A DNA stretch of 58,000 bases, taken from positions 23,648,181-23,706,180 of the forward strand of contig OZ316895.1 in the NCBI GenBank assembly GCA_973895155.1, read 5' to 3'. The translations under genes were made by a program, and so were the position numbers. Within the stretch, counting starts at the first letter, position 1, and the number at the start of each line of letters is the position of its first letter. Positions 52,531 to 58,000 of this stretch are shown here, in pieces. Source of the stretch: Marsupella aquatica. Lineage: Eukaryota; Plantae; Marchantiophyta. The notes beneath the pieces are model-generated. The model saw only the letters and a list, made by a program, of their open reading frames with translations. It was not told the DNA's origin and made no database searches.

Positions 52531-54639
52531 TCGTCTAATGCTGGAAACTTCCGGTAGTGAAAGGAAAAGAACGGTGCCCTATGCACTAACAGTCTGGAGA
52601 CGAAACAAAGCAAATTGGCCGGGACGGGAATAAAAGCGAGCAAGGCAAGGCGAGCGCGACGAGGCGCAGCGCCTGGAAAACGTAAGGAGGAGGGTCAAAA
52701 ATGGGCACACGGCCCTATGCGCATCGGCGTGCAGTAGCTGAAGCAGACTCACCGGCGGTCGTGTCCGGGAATCCAAAAGGAACTCCCGAAGAGTCGTTAA
52801 AACGGGTGTGTCAGTTGGCAGCGACAATTGGAGGCAGGTCGCGCTACGGCCGGGAACAGAAAGTCGGGAACAAAAGCACAGGCTCAAACGGGGGCGTTAT
52901 GTGTATAGTTAAGTATACACATAACACCACATTAAACCCATAACTTTCAACCTGCCATTCAAATGCCGCTCAAAGAAATTGCATCGGCTTCGACTGAAAT
53001 TGTCGAAATCGTCACGAGCAATCTTCTTCCCCTCACCACTATCTCAAGCAATTATTCTTGAATAAAAGGTGAAAGAGAAACAATCGTACTAAAATCGAAT
53101 CAAAAACCGACGGGATGCCAAGATCGGTCGGGAGCATCTAACGAATCACTTTGTGAATCTCGTGTACGGAATTGACGAGCACTGTCTGAGCTCTGTCAAC
53201 AGCGATTCAAGAAGAACTGAAAACCCACAAAGAAAGACATGCCCTAAGTAACCAAAGTCCTGGCGTCACACTAACAAGCGTGTTTGCTTCAAGAACGCCT
53301 GGCATTTGCTATAAGAACATGTCGCTAACTCAAGTAGTACACTAGCCCTAACTACATACCTAGCAGGCATGCGAGGGACATGCCAATGTGCACAAGAGGC
53401 ACTGTCCCTCAGCATGACAAACCAATTGCGACACTAAGGGAAAGCGTCAAACAAAAATGACAATATCTTCCCAACGAGAAGTCCGTTGGAGGACTTCTTG
53501 GGTGCGTTGGAAAGCTCTCAAGGAGGAATACATACTCTTCAGCTCAGCTGGGTCTTGGGGTGCCATGGGTTCTTGGGGGTTGTGGGGGCTATCTCGCCCG
53601 CTTGCCAAATCCAGCCAAAATAGCAGCCAAGTCGTGTTCAATCTCTCAAGAGAGCTTTCGTTGGGGAGGCAAGGCCAAGTAGGCATGGAAGTTGAGTTCC
53701 AAGGGCACTTGGTCCCTAGACCATCAGTGGGGCAAGAACCAGGAGTTGGTTGCTAGAGTCAGGGCCATTCTAGTCCTGGCATGTTGGGCCAAGCTTTGGG
53801 ACAGGCTACGCTATTTGGGCCATGAGCATTCCTGGGGGTAGGGCGGTCAGTCGGTGATGGATAGGTACAAGGGGGAACCCAGGCAGCACCCAAGGAAGGA
53901 GTTGTTCTGGACGAACAGTGGGTGCTAGTTATGGCTCTGGTTTGTGGCATCAGGAGGACCTATTGTTGACCTACTTACGAAAGTCTGTTGAACTTGAGCT
54001 AGGATGCTAGACTTGGGAGACCTAGATCCTGAGGGGTTACTTACCGGAGTGCTTCGTTGTTTGTGCAGACAGTGAGGAGCGACGGTCGTGCTAGAGAGCG
54101 AGTGCGGCTTCATATGGGAGGATTCGCAAGTGGCATTGAGGGCACCAAGTTGCTTGCTTGAAGAGTTCCATGGAGGCATCTGTGCACCAAGGGCACTTAG
54201 GCATGGGGGTTGGGATTTTCAAGGGCGTTGGGTGGCAAGGTCCACGACTCAACACAGTAACCATGTGTAAGTCCAACATGGATAAGTGCATTTCATGTAT
54301 TAGTGGATTGATGCCAATTATATAGGCCCCTAATATTAGTAGTTCCTATATACGCCAAAGGAAAAAGAGTAGTTTATTGATGTTGGTGATCAACAAGTGG
54401 ATGTTGATAAGCTTCACATTGTAACAATAGACGCAAACCAACCGAAGTCATTGACTTGAAGAACACCTGGTCGCACTATACGCGCTCCTCCCATGTATGG
54501 ACAGTGAGTTGATTCATCTCAATTGCAATAGGAGAATTTTGTAGCTTTGGCTACTTACTTCAAATTGTCATTAGCTTTCTCTTTGATCAATGTGACAAAA
54601 AAAGGGTTGATGTCAAAGGTTTCTCATAATAACTAAGGC

Positions 54640-55290
54640 AATGGGGAGTCTCATGTATTTGATAACTTGCACTAGACCTGATCTTGCCATGGCTATCATG
54701 GGCAAGATGAACATGTACATGTTAAATCTAGGAAAATTACACTAGAAAGCAATGAAATGGATTATCCGATATTTGAAAGATATTGTCTATTGTTTGATGC
54801 ACATGCAAACAATACTAGATTATTGATGGGCTATGTAGATGCTGACTTGGATGCTGACTATGCACAGGATTTGGACCGGAGGAGATCAACTACAGGGTAT
54901 GTGTTCACACTTGGGCGGTGGATACATAAGTTGAGGTCTACTACTTGCGTAAGTGTATAACTCAGTCTACTACAAAAGTTAAGTATGTTGTAGCAGCGAA
55001 ATCAGCAAAGAAACAATTTGGTTGGATAGATTGATCACAAAGATGGGATTGTCACAAGGGAATGTGAAACGTGATAGTTAGAGTATGCTCCATCTTGTAG
55101 TGAACCAGGTGATGGGAAGCAAAGTGAAGCACATTAAAACAAGGTACCATTTTATCAAATAAACTATTCTAATAATCTATTTTAGCTAGTCAAGATTGAT
55201 GATAAACTTAATTAACCCGGCTGATGTCTTTACCAACGTAATTGTTTTAGATAGTTTTTCTAGACATTGTGACGTATTGCAAGTTTTGCA
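54640..55290 (+). mobile_element. Ty1/copia RT C-terminus and RNase H remnant
   Basis: TRPDLA, KWIIRYLK, GYVDAD..YAQDLDRRRSTTGYVFTLG, STT, KVKHIKTRYHFI and NPADVFT, with stops and frameshifts. Confidence 0.88.
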
Positions 55291-55779
55291 ATTGTGCCAC
55301 AAGTAGATTTTTCTTAACATTTGTGTAGTTACTGATTTTTCTTAACATTTGTGTAGTTATAAAATTAGATATTTTTCATCCAAAATATTTATTTTGGATT
55401 GTACGTGGTTCATTTAGTTTCTCATAGTCAACCCCATGTCTACTTACATATCTATTAAAAAACTTTGTTAGAAGGTTTACACACTCAACAACAGGTAAAT
55501 TTTCAAAATGTGGCATATAGTTTATGTTCCATTCCTTGAATTCTTGGAACTTTTTAAGGCTATTGATGATCAGTTTGTACATGGGTATGCTTGCATTGCT
55601 TGCCCTTTGGCCTTATAGTTGAGACTCAAGATCCTCACTAAAAACTGTTTTATTGGATAGTCTACTCAAGATGAAGTTCCTCATTCAAAGTCTTCATTTT
55701 AGTAGCAATATTGAGACCTCCTTAAGTCATTTTATATAAACTAAGTTGTATGACACCAATCATGTGGTGACACATATAT

Positions 55780-57425
55780 ATTTTTGCAATTAAACAACCC
55801 TATTTCTCATTAACAACCTAATAAATCTTTTGTCCTATATTTTATCGCACGTCATATGTCACTTTTGTGGAAGTGACCCTCTCAAGTTACTTGGTTTGGA
55901 CACAAAAATATTAGGGAGTTTACTCTTCGTTGGGCTCTTAATGGGACCCTTTGGATCTAGCAACATCCATTGTATGTTCACTCAAGCACCCTAGGCTCAA
56001 TGTTGCCATATCCTCAGGGTGTTTACTAAATGGCACTTTTTTTTATCACCTACAACATTTTCTAATCTAGAGCACCCTAAAAAAGTATTTTAAAAGTATT
56101 TTTTACCCTTGTTTATTTAGGATATTTCAAATTTTGACTTTGAACACCTAATATTTGTACACTCTAAAAAGTTGTGTTTGCTTGCATATTAGAATGCTTT
56201 GTTGGAATGAGTCGTGGCTCCAAAGAATGTTGGAATGGACCGTGCCTCTAAAAAATGGGAAGTACAAGGCATTTATTAGCGCACTGACTGAATTGACAAT
56301 GCTCTTGTCTTTTCTAATTTAACGACAAGTTAATTTTGTGCTCTCTAATCGGACCATACGTATAGGGCAACTTCAACGCAGCCTGAGGAAAAGTGGAGTG
56401 ACACCCAATCAAGTGCTCTTAAAGTGACACTCAATTCAGTGCTTTCAAATACAACAAATGTAGTGAGTAGTTTGTTGCATTGTTGAACAAATGATACACT
56501 AGATATTGAGGCCAATGCACTAAATATTGGATGATGCAATCCTAGACAGTGCATGGAGAATAGTTATATTTAGATCACACTAGAATTTCAGGCTGTTTCA
56601 CTAGCTAGATACTGGGTTCGCAGTCCTAGAGAGCACATGGAGAATAGTTATATTTAGACAAGGCTCAATACAGGCTATAAAGCTACAGCACAGTAGTTGA
56701 CCAAATCCAAAAAAATAGTGATATCCCCTGCCAAGTGAGAATGAAAGTGGGCTTTGTGATTGCTAACTAAAGTGATTGTAGAGATTGCTAAACACGAGGG
56801 AACAACAGACACGGAAAGACGATAATGACTATAGCGGAAGATGGAGGAGACCATGTGCAGCCGCACTAAAGTCTACATCCATTGTGCGTATAAGCACATG
56901 CAAAAACCCTAGGCTCAATGTTGCCATATCCTCAAGATCTTACTAAATGGCGCTTTTGTATCACCTATAATAATTTGTAATCTAGAGCACCCTAAAAAAA
57001 TAAATTTTAACTTTTTGGTTTGGACACACTATAATTGAGGGGTTTACTCCTAGTGGGGCCATTGGGCTTTGACAATAATTTAATACTCTTGATTGAAGTT
57101 GAGTTTGCATCCATTGTTCACTCAAGCACGTGCAAAAACCTAGGCTCAATTTTGTCATATCCTTGTGGTCCTACTAAATGGTGATTTTTTTTATAACGTA
57201 GAACATTTTCTAATCTAGAGCACCCTAAAAAACTATTTTAAAAGTATCTTTTACCCTTATTCTTTTAGGATATTCCAAAATTTGATTTTGGAAACCTAAT
57301 TTTTTCACACTCTCAAAATTGGATTTAAAAAACTTGAATGCTCCTAGATGAAAAACCAGTCAATCTACCATAGATACTCTGTCACGTGTGATGTATCATT
57401 GTCACAAAAGCGAGACCCTAAGGCC
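55780..57425. repeat. Cluster of decayed MITE-like repeats related to the 8-bp-TSD family
   Basis: Block catccattg...cctaggctcaat...tactaaatgg...taatctagagcaccctaaaaa at ~55964, ~56876 and ~57108; end motif cacgt..atg...gtga-like at ~55850-55885 and ~57383-57422. Confidence 0.65.
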
Positions 57426-58000
57426 ATATCAAATTGTATTAAATAATATCAATGAGTTCAAAATCAGGCAACAAGAGTTGCAGGAAACAAATTGAATGCA
57501 AAGAAGAATGCAGAAATTTAGATTGGAAGCGAATAGATCCTCAGAAAACACTGTCTCTGCAGTGCGTGCCCTCTACAAAAAACCTGGAAGTAGGCAAATT
57601 GTGAAAGTTGTTGGATGCATGGGACCTGATAGAAGTGAGTTAGCAATTGCAAATGATTGTGTACAATGATTGTAGATATACTGCATTCATGGTTCGGAAT
57701 AAATGTCAACCTCCCTTGAACAAACAAACCCACATGGTTTTCCATTACAAGGTGTATGGTTCCCCATGTGTGTTTCCATGTATGCAAGGTGACGTATATG
57801 CAACCATATACTTTATAAATGAACCTAGCCACCTTGATCCTAGACATAAAGTCTATCCAGCTCCATCATCTCAAGACACCAAAGTGTATTGGACTGAGAT
57901 AGATCATGACATATATGCTTAGAGAGACACTACACATGCAACAACCATTGTCAATGGCTTTAACAGTCATACTCTCTCACTGCTATAACAGTATTAAGCT

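Noticed and set aside
53180-53270. Candidate PBS or 5' LTR boundary (gctctgtcaaca, tggcgtcaca)
   Set aside because: Poor match to a tRNA 3' end and no homology to the candidate 3' LTR

Overview
Eukaryotic, land-plant-type nuclear DNA with spliceosomal introns, MITEs and plant-specific receptor kinases; a non-seed plant such as a bryophyte is plausible but is only an inference. 1-28 kb is a rearranged, duplicated L-type lectin receptor-like kinase (LecRK) locus. It holds one frameshifted near-full gene, three partial or decayed kinase copies, an unrelated RLK tail fragment, a decayed S/D/R/M-rich repeat ORF, 472-bp repeat arrays and several MITEs. 29-42 kb holds three conserved multi-exon genes: AUG7 (augmin/HAUS7), STR12-like (PpiC parvulin plus rhodanese) and PHF1-like (SEC12-like WD40). 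The standout is a decayed minus-strand Ty3/Gypsy retrotransposon at about 44.8-51.5 kb. Its polyprotein carries an in-frame DNMT3-like C5 cytosine methyltransferase between protease and reverse transcriptase, and a PHD finger at the integrase C-terminus. A Ty1/copia remnant and decayed MITEs end the window.
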